A DNA stretch of 64,000 nt from Massalongia carnosa (taxonomy: Eukaryota), in contig OZ287069.1 in the NCBI GenBank assembly GCA_965645245.1, forward strand, positions 744,001-808,000. Reading direction: 5' to 3'. Position 1 is the stretch's first letter, and every line of letters starts with the position of its first letter. The notes below the pieces were generated by a model. That model saw nothing but the letters and a program-made list of their open reading frames with translations. It was not told where the DNA came from and made no database searches. Position numbers and translations under genes: made by a program. This document shows positions 35,996-48,088 of the stretch, one piece after another.

Positions 35996-37825
35996 TTCAT
36001 CATGACCTGAGGATAACAACTGGTTCCAAAATATTTTTAGACTTGCAACTCATCTTGCTTTGCATTTTATCGGTCTTCCCATGGCGCTTTATTACGGCAG
36101 GCGAACATTAGTTCGGCGGTGCCTTCGTTTTCTTTCCTCTCCCATCAGCATTTTATGACTAGGATACCCGTTGAGCGATTTTCTTTGAAAACGTTTCTTT
36201 GTAGGCCCTTCTTGTGACGTTCGTTTAACATGATTACACTCCAATGGTATATCGTGCTCTGGCTAGATGGGTATCCGCGTTATTTGCATTAGGTTTTGGG
36301 ATACAGTATAGTTATCTCCGGGCGTTCGAGTTGCACGTTCGACGTGCAATGGTTTAAGAAAGCACTAACATTGCAGTTCGATATCTGTGTTTGCTGATCA
36401 ATTTCCAGACCCGCCTTCGCTAAAAGTCTCAAGCCTCTACCGGCGAGCTCGAGCACTTTTCTTGGGATATGGACCAACGGCGCTCAAAAAACTCATAGCG
36501 CCCCATACCTTGTGGCCGTTTTCCGATTCGGGGTGTACACACTGCATCGCCAGCTCCTTTCGGCCTCATAGTTTTCCACATCAACATCACCCTCAAGCTA
36601 TCCTCGTCCACAATCTGTCTCTGTTCGGCAAAAGGGAGACTCTTATCTGTTGTTTTCCCTTGGTCAGCACAGCGGTGATAGTCGTCGTCTGGGTTTTGCT
36701 GCTTCTTGATTGTTGCCGGTAGTTCGGTAGTCGTTCGATACGGCCTGTGCAAGACGGAAAAATGTTTTGTTATTGGGCAAGACTGGAAAAAGATTAGATA
36801 TGTACTTACTTAGAAATCAAAAGAGGCAACTCATTCCAACTAGCCGTCTCGTTTCCCACCCTTCCTCTTCCTCCTTTTAAACACTCAATTCCCCCCCGGC
36901 CCTTGTCTTTAACCCGCTTTCTTCATTTCCTCATGCCTTCCTCATCCCATTTCCCTCCTCGCACATCCCTATCCTATCCCCGCAACTCCCATCCCATCCT
37001 ACATATACATACACCACACCAGGTATACATACAACATATTCCAACCCTAAACTTGAGAAAAAAGGAGAAAAAAGCCAGCTCACTTCCAATTCCCATAATC
37101 TTTCAAAGCCTTTTAGCCATGCATGCTTGCCTGCACGACTGATTGACTGGCTATACTCATAAAATTATTTATTTAATTTTAGTTTTTTTTAGGAGAGGGA
37201 AAGGAGGGGAGGGAAGGGTCCGCCAAGAACTGAGGGGGAAAAAAGCCTCGAATCGGAAATGGAATGCACGAAACAGCTACGTCCCACGTCGGGTTTCCGA
37301 GGGAAGGTAATACAATACATACGCGACTGATCAATCAATCAGCCAATCCCACCCACCTACTCTAGGATGGGGGAAACAACGTCAAAGACGAAAGCCGGGA
37401 ACGGAAAGAATCGGGAAAAGGTCCCAGAAGAGACAAGAAAGGCGAGAGATGGGAGAAGAGGGAAGAGAGGGAAGGAAGGCGAGAGATGGGAGAGGAGGGA
37501 AGAACGGGAATTTGGGGTTTTGGGGGAAGGGGTCGGGGGGTTCGTGATGGACCCTAGCTAGCTATGCAGAACCACGTCTATTATCCCTAATTACTCAACC
37601 TCCGGCATTGGGTCGTGTTTGTTCCGTTTATACCAGTACTATGATACTTGAATCCTCCCCTCCTCCCCCACCCAAACAAAAAGGGAACCCGACTGATCAG
37701 GTTTGAAGGGGGGGGGAGGTATTATGCAGGACGATAAGGGGTATAGTATAATTGCTGCTTTGGTCAGAGGCTTTGGTAACGCTAAATGGAGATATAACGG
37801 CATCACTAGTGGTTGGGGGATGGGT

Positions 37826-39682
37826 TCAGTAGTTCTGGATCGTGCTGGCGTCCTTTTTGCTGTTGCCGAAGAAAATCACTTGGACGGTAATGTCATCTCT
37901 GCATCGCGGGTGTCAGTCTATGGGGCCTTTTTCCCCTCTGAGTTGGAGACTTGAGTAAAATTAGGGGTTTTCGGCGGTTCCTTATAGGACAAAACGGTAG
38001 GATGATAGGATTTAGATGGATGGGAAGATAACGGGGAAAGGGAATATGGGAATGGGAAGGTGGAAGGAAGAAAGACACGCACCTCAAATCCCTCGAAAAC
38101 GAAGGTGGCGCCGTCATGACCCCGCAAAGTCGGTCTTCGTCCCCACCACCTAGTGCATTACGTGCAAGGTGAGTCGCGGCGTTTTCATCCTTGACAACAA
38201 AGTTCGCGGAAGATGACTGGGGGAGGGAGCTATAGGAAATCTTCTCGGCTGGGTCCCCTCTTTCCGGTCGTTGCGATGGGTTGGGAGTGGCGTTCAGGTC
38301 GTATTCCAAGCGTTTGATCCGTTTGGCGGGATTGTGAGTCTGAAGCCATCGCCCCACCAGATCCACGGCCTGCTCGCTAGTGAGGCTGTCCCACAGGCCG
38401 TCCGTAGCCATGATGACAAAGTCCCCGTTCTCGGGATGAATCTTAGTTGTGGTGACGATAGGCTCAGCGGTGAGATAAGGTGGGGTGCGAGAACCTGCCA
38501 GAGGCCTCCGGCCAAAGAATCGATTCTGCGCCGCTTCTTGGATCTCCCGCGGCCATTTCCAGCGCGCGTCGCCAAAGGCGCGTGTAATGGCCATACCCAG
38601 CACCCGACCGTTTTGGACAGCGTCGGGCTCGTCAGGGTGTTCCAGCCGCAGCCTCTCCACCTCATCGGGATTGAAGCCGGTTTGGTCCACCGAAAGCGCA
38701 ATCGCTTCCCACTCCCCTGCGGGATTCCGGCGTCCAAGAACGGCTCTTGAGTCCCCCACGCACGCGACTCGCAGCTGCTGAGACCCCTTGTCGTAGATCG
38801 ACACCAGAGCGCAGGAACCAGCGTAGCATGCTCCAAGCTCGGAAATGGCGTCGTTGAGATATCTTTTGCCCATGGCTGCTTCTCTACCTGTCTCGATGAT
38901 ATCACGGTCCAGCCGCACAAATGCGTCCTTGATGGCCCGATCCACTACAAAGGAAGGTGCATCGGTCAAAAACGAAGCCCCCTCCGTAAGTCCGGTAGCT
39001 GCTTGATTAAACTCATCGATGAGGTAGGAAACGATCCATTGTCGTACCGCCAGCGCTGTTTCGGATCCGCTGCACGCCTTAAATTCTTAGCACCCAGCGC
39101 TTCCACCACACTATGGCTCACTCACACATGGCCATCAAAGACACCCCACATCATCCATTCCAGATTGCCCGTAGTGTATGTGGAACTGTCATATCTAAAG
39201 CCGCGGGACCGATGAAAGTATTCATCCTCGCAAGGGAGGTTGCTAGGAACACGCACGGCATCAGTACGAAGAACTCCGGTACCGTCCCCTGTCGTGTCAG
39301 AAACTTCCTCCCATCTCAAAAGTGCGTTGACTTGCTCCATATCGAACGGCATAACGCTACGGCCATTTTTAGAACGGAAGCCGTCGTCGTTTCGCTTGGG
39401 TTGCGCAAGAGACCCACTCTCCAGCGATAGAGGAACATTGCTGGAGCAGAAATAGATGGAGCAGCACAGTCCAGCTAGCGAAGCTGCAGCAACGGTTTGG
39501 AACGAGATGCTTTGCTTCTCGCTTCGGGGGGAATGCAGAATTTCCGGACCAGAGTGATAGCGAGATTGTGGTTGTTTGGTAAAACGGGAAATGGCCGCAT
39601 CGAAGGCTCTGCGCATATCAGTGGGCTGCCTTGTCCATACCTTTAGGCGATATATCGAAGCCAATGAGTTCAATCGAGCCAT
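37826..39682 (-). CDS. PP2C phosphatase, mitochondrial pyruvate dehydrogenase phosphatase (Ptc5-like)
   Basis: PSNLPCED, WGVFDGH, VACVGDSRAVLG, TRAFGD, TPPYLTAEP, IMATDGLWD, NAATHLARNALGG, last exon RDDITVQVIFF ending TGA at 37826-37828. Start at 39682 or 39616. Confidence 0.88.
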
Positions 39683-39908
39683 TTGGGCTGTCTACGGCAT
39701 CTGCTGGGGTTCGGGTATGCTTGGAGTTTCTGAACAGAGCTAAGAATAGCAAATCAACTCCCAAATGAAACGGATGACAATTTATGTTTAAGGCAGAATG
39801 AGGATTGAAGCGTAGCGGTGATTGTTCCTAGACCAAACCCCTTGGTTCGATGACCATTAAGACATCCCCATAGTGGACGTTTCTAGAAGGTGACGTAGCA
39901 AGGTCTTA

Positions 39909-41850
39909 ATCGTGCTAGACCACTTTCGGAATGCAGAGAGCACCCCTTAGTGCTTACCGGCTCAAAGACGCTACCGGCTCAAAGACGCATTTTCAACATT
40001 TTACACCTCAACTTCGACACGTCAACAATCAACAACATAATGGTCAATTCATATTCAGCTATCGAGGATCGAATTGACAGTGCAATTGACGCGTTACATG
40101 ATGGTTTGTATACTAATTGTCGAGCTGCAGCTATAGCTTTTGACGTTGCCCCTCGTACGGTTCAAAAACGATGGAATGGAGGCAACTCCAAAAGCAGTCG
40201 ACCTAGTACCAACAAAGCTCTGACGGATGAGCAAGAACAAGCTGTTCGTGACTACATCGAGCGATTGGACAAGGCCAACATGTGTGCGCGACCCAAATTG
40301 ATCGTGGGGGCTGCAAATTATCTGATTCGTTTTGAGAATCGTACTCTTGGTCATCAGTGGCTGAAGCGATTTCTTGATCGAAATCCCGAGCTTCATGTAC
40401 GAAAACAGAAGCCTCTCGCAGTCGATCGAAAAAATAGTCACGACGTTAACGATATGGTTGAATATTTCAGCAAATTAGAAAGGGTGATGAGGGAAAAGGG
40501 AATAACGGAGCTGGATGTATGGAATATGGACGAAACAGGCTTTCGAATTGGATGCGGACGAGCTCAAATAGTAATCACCTTGGACCCACGAAAGCCTCTT
40601 CGTATGACTGATCCGGATAATCGTGACTACATTACTTCTGTAGAGTGTATCAGCTCGGCCGGTGACGTTATTCCACCATTACTTATTCTTTCGGGTATTC
40701 ATATTCTTCATAAATGGTGTCAACACAACGATCTCGACGGAGAGACGTTGATTGGGACCAGCGAGACCGGCTATTCAAATGACGATTTAGCCATGGATTG
40801 GCTTCGTCATTTCATCGAGCATACACGGACTAAAAGACGTGGAGCTTGGCTACTTCTAGTCATCGACGGGTTTGGGTCTCATTCAACCATTCCGTTTTTG
40901 AAGCTGGCCACTGAAAATCAGATCGTTCTATTTCGTCTTCCAGCACATTCTACTCATTTGACTCAGCCGTTAGATGTAGGTGTTTTTCAGCCGTACAAAC
41001 ACTATCATGCTGAGGCCATTGATCATGCGATACGAATGGGAGACACGGAATTTGGAAAATTGGAATTTTTAGCCGCATTCCAGGAATTTCGCAACAAGAC
41101 ATTCAAATCATCTACTATTCGTCATGCATTCAGGACCACCGGCATCGTCCCATTCAATCCGAACATGGTACTCGACGTCATTCGTCAGAAGCAAGCTGCA
41201 GCCTTGGAAATTAGGAATGAACCCCGCACCCCGAGCCCCCTACCTCTTCAATTTCATGAGCGCACCCCTCGAGGCCCCGAATCAATCAGAAAATTCGGTC
41301 ACAAATTGCAAAGGGCATTGACCGCGGCCGGGCCGATCGGTGGATGGATGGATAAAAAAACAGTGGACGGTTTTCAGAAATTTATTAGGGCCTCCATCAC
41401 CTCCGCCAACACCCTAGATTTGACTACGCGGGACCTTCAGCAAGTGCAAAAAGCCACCACATCGCGTAAAAGTCGGGCCGCTCTCGGGGGTCAGGTAGCT
41501 GCAAAGGGTGGAGTCATAAAAGTCAGTCAATGTAGAGAATTATGTTCAATTCGTCAAAAAAAAGAGGAAGAAAAGGCTAGACGAAAGGAACAAAGGGAGG
41601 CTAATAAGGGGAAAAAGGCCTCATCAACCCAGTTAGACAACGTCCGATTTTTACTAGGGCAGGGCCTGTTAGTAGAACAGACTGAGCAGTAGATTTTAAA
41701 CCCGAAATGAAGCTATTTGGACGTCTTTTCATGAAGGTCTGATTTTTTTAATGTTGAGGTGTTGAAAAATGCGTCTTTGAGCCGGTAGCGTCTTTGAGCC
41801 GGTAAGCACTAAGGGGTGCTCTCTGCATTCCGAAAGTGGTCTAGCACGAT
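39909..41850 (+). mobile_element. pogo/Fot1-family DNA transposon, apparently intact
   Basis: 85-bp perfect terminal inverted repeats (39909-39993 / 41766-41850), TA on both sides (39907-39908, 41851-41852), single transposase ORF. Confidence 0.96.
40040..41692 (+). CDS. pogo/Fot1 DDE transposase (HTH + CENP-B-type HTH + DDE_1)
   Basis: WNMDETG, IDGFGSH and LTQPLDVG catalytic motifs; uninterrupted ORF from ATG 40040. Confidence 0.95.
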   Translation: MVNSYSAIEDRIDSAIDALHDGLYTNCRAAAIAFDVAPRTVQKRWNGGNSKSSRPSTNKALTDEQEQAVRDYIERLDKANMCARPKLIVGAANYLIRFENRTLGHQWLKRFLDRNPELHVRKQKPLAVDRKNSHDVNDMVEYFSKLERVMREKGITELDVWNMDETGFRIGCGRAQIVITLDPRKPLRMTDPDNRDYITSVECISSAGDVIPPLLILSGIHILHKWCQHNDLDGETLIGTSETGYSNDDLAMDWLRHFIEHTRTKRRGAWLLLVIDGFGSHSTIPFLKLATENQIVLFRLPAHSTHLTQPLDVGVFQPYKHYHAEAIDHAIRMGDTEFGKLEFLAAFQEFRNKTFKSSTIRHAFRTTGIVPFNPNMVLDVIRQKQAAALEIRNEPRTPSPLPLQFHERTPRGPESIRKFGHKLQRALTAAGPIGGWMDKKTVDGFQKFIRASITSANTLDLTTRDLQQVQKATTSRKSRAALGGQVAAKGGVIKVSQCRELCSIRQKKEEEKARRKEQREANKGKKASSTQLDNVRFLLGQGLLVEQTEQ

Positions 41851-41936
41851 TACGGGAACCTTATACCTTAGGACGACGCGAGAGAAAGCAAAACAAAACG
41901 TTAAAGCGTATGGCTCAAAATAGAGTACATAAGTTA

Positions 41937-42226
41937 CAGTCCACCTTGGCTATAACGATTTTGTTTTCCATACGGTCAAATCGTTACAAGCAGAGTCTCG
42001 TTACAGCCAAAACACACCAATACAAAATGAGAGATAACAGTTTAGCTAGCAGCCGATTTACCCAATCAGAACCACTTTAGTCAGCAGCTGTTATACCGTA
42101 TGAGTATTAGCTTGTCTTCGAACTCGGCTTAATACACTTTCTTGCTATAACGATTACACAGTACTTCGTACATTCAAAAGACCAGAATATTGTTACAGCC
42201 AAAACCGTTAAAGCCAAGGTTGACTG
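41937..42226. mobile_element. 290-bp MITE, Tc1/mariner-pogo type
   Basis: TA|cagtccaccttggctataacgattttg ... caaaaccgttaaagccaaggttgactg|TA: 27-bp TIR with 3 mismatches, CAGT ends, TA duplication, no ORF. Confidence 0.88.
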
Positions 42227-45200
42227 TAAGTTAACTTACTAGTTACGTTGGGCGGTGGCTGAATGGTCTGATTGGCTGGCTCAAAGTTTAGCACTATCAA
42301 TCCAACCTGGGACTACTCGCCACAGCGTCTTGCACATAGAGAGTACCGATTCTCTTCACGCAGGTTGTCTCAATCTCCATCGACTTTGCAGCTCAAGGAG
42401 ATTGTAATAGCAGTGTCTTGCGCGACAGACACACCTTCGGTACATGCGTGCGATTGTGCTCGGATCTGTAATACTCGACGGTTGTTCCTGGGATTGATGG
42501 AGAACTCGTGTGCACGCTACACACGAACCTGAACCTTTCCCCGTCAGCCGGGTAATTGCGTCCCACGGCAGATGAGGCAAGGCTACCTTCATGCAAGCCA
42601 TAAAGGTTTCAAATGAGGAATTTATAGCGCTCCTTTACCCGTCGGGGCAACTGAAATGAGTTGATGTATTTGCGCAAGCCATAAGGGTCACTCCTTTCTG
42701 CCAAACGATTCTCAGTAGAAGCACAATGGATTTGCACATTAGGCTGCGAAGGCATTTATAGGAACATAGCAACTAGCTGTGTTAGCTGACGTCTCAAGAC
42801 CTTGGCGGGCTGGAGTCGTGGATCAACACTTTCAAGGAGTTGTGAAAGGATCTAAATCCCGATTTAATAGTCTCCTGACGTGGAATACAAGCATAGCTTC
42901 TAACTTAATATAGATCCAGCCGGCAGCGAAGACACCAAAGGCCTATGAGTTGCTTGAGCACCCGGCACATCATAGCATTTGTAAAGGAAGGCCCAGCGTA
43001 AGCTATTGCCTTGCGTGTGGATTTGACATTTTATTCGGGAAAGACTCTCAATGTTCCAAAGAATCGTCTCGTCATCCTTTCTAAATCATACTTGAACTAG
43101 TATCAACGCACCCGACGCATTTGTTTCTAGCATTTTGCTTCACATTCAAGGTCTGAGGAGTTCCAAGAGTAAGCGATATACAAGCAGGGTGCGCAGCCAA
43201 GGCGTGTTGCCAGTGTTGCTAAAGCTTCCAGGGGAATGTGCGCGCTGACGAAAGAGTAGGATAGTATACTGATAAATTTTGTGACATGCTTAACAAGAAA
43301 GAGTTCAGGGAAGCATTCTAAGTATGCTCAGAGGAGGCATGGAACAATCCAAGCAGCCTTTCGACGACGGCAAACGTCTATCAACAGTGAGACAAACAGA
43401 ATCATCATACACCTCCGAGATAATACAATACCTTCAAGACGTTAATCTTGCCGAGGCCTTGGTTATCGGAAGCGGAGACTTGATGACGGCGTCCAACAAA
43501 GAGAGCGTAATGAAAGCATACATCGGAGCTTGGAATGTCCACTATGAAAAGCTAGTGGAAAAGCAACGTTCGAAATAGATGAAGATTAGCCCTATGGTTT
43601 TGCAAAGAGATCCATAACCCCCCCTCTCCGGCTAAGGTGGAGATAGCATTAGTTCTCGGCCCAAACCCATTTTCATGCGGTTGTCTGGGGCTTCATTTAG
43701 GTTCTGCCAAAATTGCAGGCGGCGATTGCGGAATCGGAAGATCTGCGATAGGAGGATTTTCTGGTTTATTCGGACGGCCCATCCATTGTCTTTTTGAGCA
43801 GGTGGAATGTGTCCATCTGATTCATGGCGTTAATCGGACGTATTAATCAAAAGCTCCCACAACCTATAGCCCTTGTCATCCGATTTTTATTCGCATGGTT
43901 GTCGCAAGTTCTTTTTGCTGTAGCCCTTACAAATGATTAGTGGTTCCCTTAAGTAGTTTATGTTGGTATAAGAATGGAAACCGCACGGCTCAACAAGGGG
44001 AGCACGAAGCATAGCATATTGAACCATCAAGCCACAATTACTTACTTGGTCAACAAATTTTGAGGAGAGTGCCATCTGGGTTTTCTTACACCTCCCCATC
44101 CGAGCCAATACGGAGTATATCCTGCCGAATCCTCCGGTGCAAAGATATCTTCTCTATGCATACAATGCCATAATTGTAAAATCCAGAATCAAGAATAGGT
44201 TGCAAGCCTTAACCAGTATACGGTATTCACCAACGCTGCTGCCATCAGCAAGGGCTAGAAAGTAAATTCAGAGCACACCAGAGTCTACGCGTGCATCAAC
44301 ACACCATGGAGTCAGAATGTCCGCGAATCTGTTGAGTCAGCATTATCAAATGCTGCACAAGACACTAATGCCATAGTGATGGCCAGGGGGCTGTCGTGGT
44401 TGTCATAGACCTGGTGAGGATGCTCAACAGTTGAACAGCATTCCCAGCGATACCCCTCAGGTGCCCCTCACTGGTGATGCATGGTGTAGCGCAAGCCAAC
44501 ACACGAGCATATACACAACGCTTGGTAAGGATATATTTCAAAGTTAGATGTGGGTGCCGTCTCCTTTTTGATCTCATCAATCTACATGTTTGCCGTGGTT
44601 TTCGGAGGTGAGGATCCATGAAAATTTGGAGATTCCAAGGCCAGTCTTTTTCGTGGTCATTGCTAAAGCTGAATGGGATGTACAACCCCTCTACCCAAGG
44701 ACGATTGAAGGGGGTGGTCCATTGGTTTTACCCAACTTCAGTTCCGCCCCACACCGTACCCCCTCGCGCGATTATGAGGTAGCCTTCCTGTTTGATATGG
44801 TAGTGGCGCCGTTTGTTTTCGGGAAATTATCAAGGGCTTGATGCAAAAGCCGTAAGGCTTTGGGTGACAGGTAGATTGGCGAGCTGGTAATAACGTGTAG
44901 CGAGACCCCTAAAGTGGTTATGACATGTTTCACCTCGTTCAAGAGTCAAAGAGCCGGTTTGTGGTTTCTTGGCTGATATTTTTTTGGGGAATTTCTGTGG
45001 CTGAATCAGTTCCAATTTAAGTGCCGCTTGCCTTGACCGAGAACTCCAGCAGACCTGCCGGGAAGGTGCAGTTATACTCTGTACGTGCTTTCTTGACTTT
45101 CTCCTGTATGCACGAAGGGAAGTCAATGTTGAGACCTCGGCAAACCGATATGTCGGCAAACCGATACATCGCTAACGGAGAGGGATACTCTGTACTTGTC

Positions 45201-45580
45201 ATTCGTTCTCGACCTGCTTGATGACGATTCAAACACCTTGGGGCCATTCTCTGGCGTGTCGCCCAGGATCCAAGCAGTTAGGTCGTAGGCTGCTAGGTTT
45301 GAAAGCAGGGATCTGGCGCAGGCAAAATTGGAATGTTCTGGCGAGTCTAGCCTTAAACTAGCGCCGGTTGCCAAATGGGGTAAACGTCGCCAAAAGATGA
45401 CTTCATCCCCTTTAATTCCTTCTTGGGGTGCAAAAGAAGAGCGTAGGGCGTTCAGATGCGGAATCGGTCATCCATCTGCAGGCTTATCTGAGCTCGGAGG
45501 GGGCTCTGGGAGTACAGACTACTCGCAGCTGATGTACGAACGACGTAAATAAGATAGTTGACGTACAGAGTACTCACTCC

Positions 45581-45620
45581 GTATAGAGCACCGAGTACAG
45601 AGCACCGAGTACAGAGCACC
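45581..45620. repeat. 14-bp tandem repeat (GTACAGAGCACCGA), about 3 copies
   Basis: Direct read. Confidence 0.9.
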
Positions 45621-45829
45621 AAACACCTTACCCACTACCCATCGTCCACCTCTCACCGATCAACCATCTATGTATCAGGGGCAGGCCCCGTCAAGCTTAC
45701 CACCCTCCCTGAAACCTGAACAATACTTTGGATTGGCCTCGACGCACAACAAGGAAGGGTGTGTCCCGGCTTACACATTCAAAAAGTTTCATAGATCCCG
45801 ACAAGCCAAAAGGAAGCGCTATGCCATGG

Positions 45830-45864
45830 GTACTATTCACGTACTATTCACGTACTATTCACGT
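45830..45864. repeat. 11-bp tandem repeat (GTACTATTCAC) x3
   Basis: Direct read. Confidence 0.92.
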
Positions 45865-46405
45865 TCTGCACCTTGAAACCTCGCTAGTTGGCACTCTGTA
45901 AATTTCATTAAACTCATCCGGAACCGAAACCCCCATTCTTACGAGACTGTGTGACCTGGCAAGCCTCCTAAGAACAACACACTCTCGACATGCAACCCAC
46001 GGTACTCGGTAGACATGAGACTGGCGTCGTGGCTGTGATGATAAATGATAATATCGGTTTGTGACATACTCAACCCGTAATGTATCTTTGTCCTGTCATA
46101 TTGCTTGTTCTTCAGCGTCGCTAGCGTGTACTCCGTATATCATAGTCGTCCAAATGGGTCTCCATCTCCCTTCCTTTTCCTTTTTCTTCACTGCTTCTGT
46201 TGATATAAATTCCACCTTCTTTCTTTTGCGTAACAGAGTCTGAGACCTATACGCCCACGATCTTTAAACACTCTCTTGGACCCCGTTCAACTCAAAGGTT
46301 CCCTTGGTGATCGTTACGTTCTCTGTTCCTATATTGTTGCATTTGCCCCTTCGATTCGATTCTCACCTTAAACTTGACTTTCTTCCTTGCAGAAATTAGC
46401 ACAAC

Positions 46406-48088
46406 ATGCATCACAATCTTTTTCATATGCTCGGCCTGCTGGCTGCACTCGCTGTACCTTCCATGGCTCAACACGGTCCTTATTTCGTCCTAGGCGCTGG
46501 CCAGCCGGTGTGTATTCAACGGCTTGACCCTCTTCTAGCTCCAGGCGCGGTGGCTGGCCATGTGCATTCGGTCGTTGGAGGCAACGCTTTTGCTGCTACC
46601 ATGGACTTTGCTACAACCCAAAAGGCAACATGCAGCACCATAAGAGTCAAAGCGGATAAGAGCAACTACTGGATGCCTGCTCTATACTTCCATGCCAAGA
46701 ACGGTAGTTTCATCCGGGTCCCGGAAAAACCTGATCATCGGATTTACTACAAGTTTGGTCGAGGAGACAACACCCCTGACATGGAGCGGAGCGAATTCCC
46801 TCCTGGCTTCCGTATGATCAGCGGCAATGCCAACCTACGACAAGACGACGGTTCAATGGGTGTTGGAGGGAATCAGCTGAACTGGGTTTGCCATGATGGT
46901 GGAAACAATCCTAAGGCGACCGGTTTCCCCACAGGATTTGACAACTGCAACGCCTACGGCTTTGCTGCCTCGATGAGGTTTCCGTCATGTTGGAACGGAA
47001 ATGATTTTGACAAGGCGAATCCATTGGCTCACATGGATTTTCCTATTAACAGAGATGGATTGGCCGGTTGTAGAGCCCCATTCAACGTCAAGCGCTTCCC
47101 CGAGATATTTGTCGAATATTATCTCAATACAATCAGCTTCAACGGTGAATATGGCGCTGAAGACACCCCATGGGTCCTTGCGCAAGGTGATCCTACGGGC
47201 TACGGGTTTCACATGGACTTTGTAAGGTCTTCCCCTCTATTCATCATGTGTAGCTGTTCTGATTTTTGATAGATCAATGGCTGGGAGACTGGCGTTCTAG
47301 CCAAGGCTATGAAAGGGTGCGATATTGGCAACACGGGCTCTCCTCTTGACTCTCCCCAATGCTTTGGCGCTGGATCGCTACGCTCCAATGACGAAGCGGA
47401 CAACTGTCGCGTGGCCCCTTCTGTTAAAGAGGACGTTGGCTTGCTGGATCCGCTTGCCGCAGATAACCAGCATACGCTCGGTGGCATTCTCGATGCTCTA
47501 CCAGGATGCAATCCCATTCAAGCTGGGCCACAACTCGCGATCAAACAGTCAGGATGCGGTGCCACCGAGATTCTTATTGGTCAACCTGTAATCCGTGCGC
47601 CTCTACCAGCATCCACCAACTCCGCTAGGTCCGCTTCCACCAAGACCACCTCTTCTCCATCCATTTTAAACAAAGCGACCTCTACTAAAGGGTCTCCCAG
47701 CCAGACCCCGTCTCCGGTATCGGGAGTAAAGCTCCCTTCCGGGTGGACGTCGGCGGGCTGCTTCTCGGATCAAGTCAACCCTCGTTCACTGGGCACCCAA
47801 CCGGAGTGGTGGGGCTTACCAATCACATCGAGCAGATGTATCGAACACTGCGACGCTATGGGGGAAATAATTGCTGGTACGGAGAACGGCGGTCAATGCT
47901 TCTGCGGCAACAAACTTACCAATAGCGTGGCCACCCCTCACAAATGCAACTTACCTTGCGTTGGCAACGCCAAAGAAACGTGCGGTGGAATTGGGACGTT
48001 GAGTATCTTCAAGAAAAGTGGCGGTTCCAAGGCGAGGCGTGCTTACAGACGCCATCTCGCTGCGCATGGCGTTACAGCTGCTTCTTAG
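46406..48088 (+). CDS. Secreted DUF1996 + WSC domain protein
   Basis: Signal peptide, RLDPLLAPG..HVHSVVGG, DKSNYWMP, FPSCWNG, GDPTGYGFHMDF / INGW (intron 47222-47272), Ser/Thr linker, WSC domain (GCFSD..C...C..AGTENGGQCFCGN). Confidence 0.9.

Noticed and set aside
45581..45864. Short tandem repeats as a CRISPR-like array
   Set aside because: No unique spacers, eukaryotic context and no cas genes.
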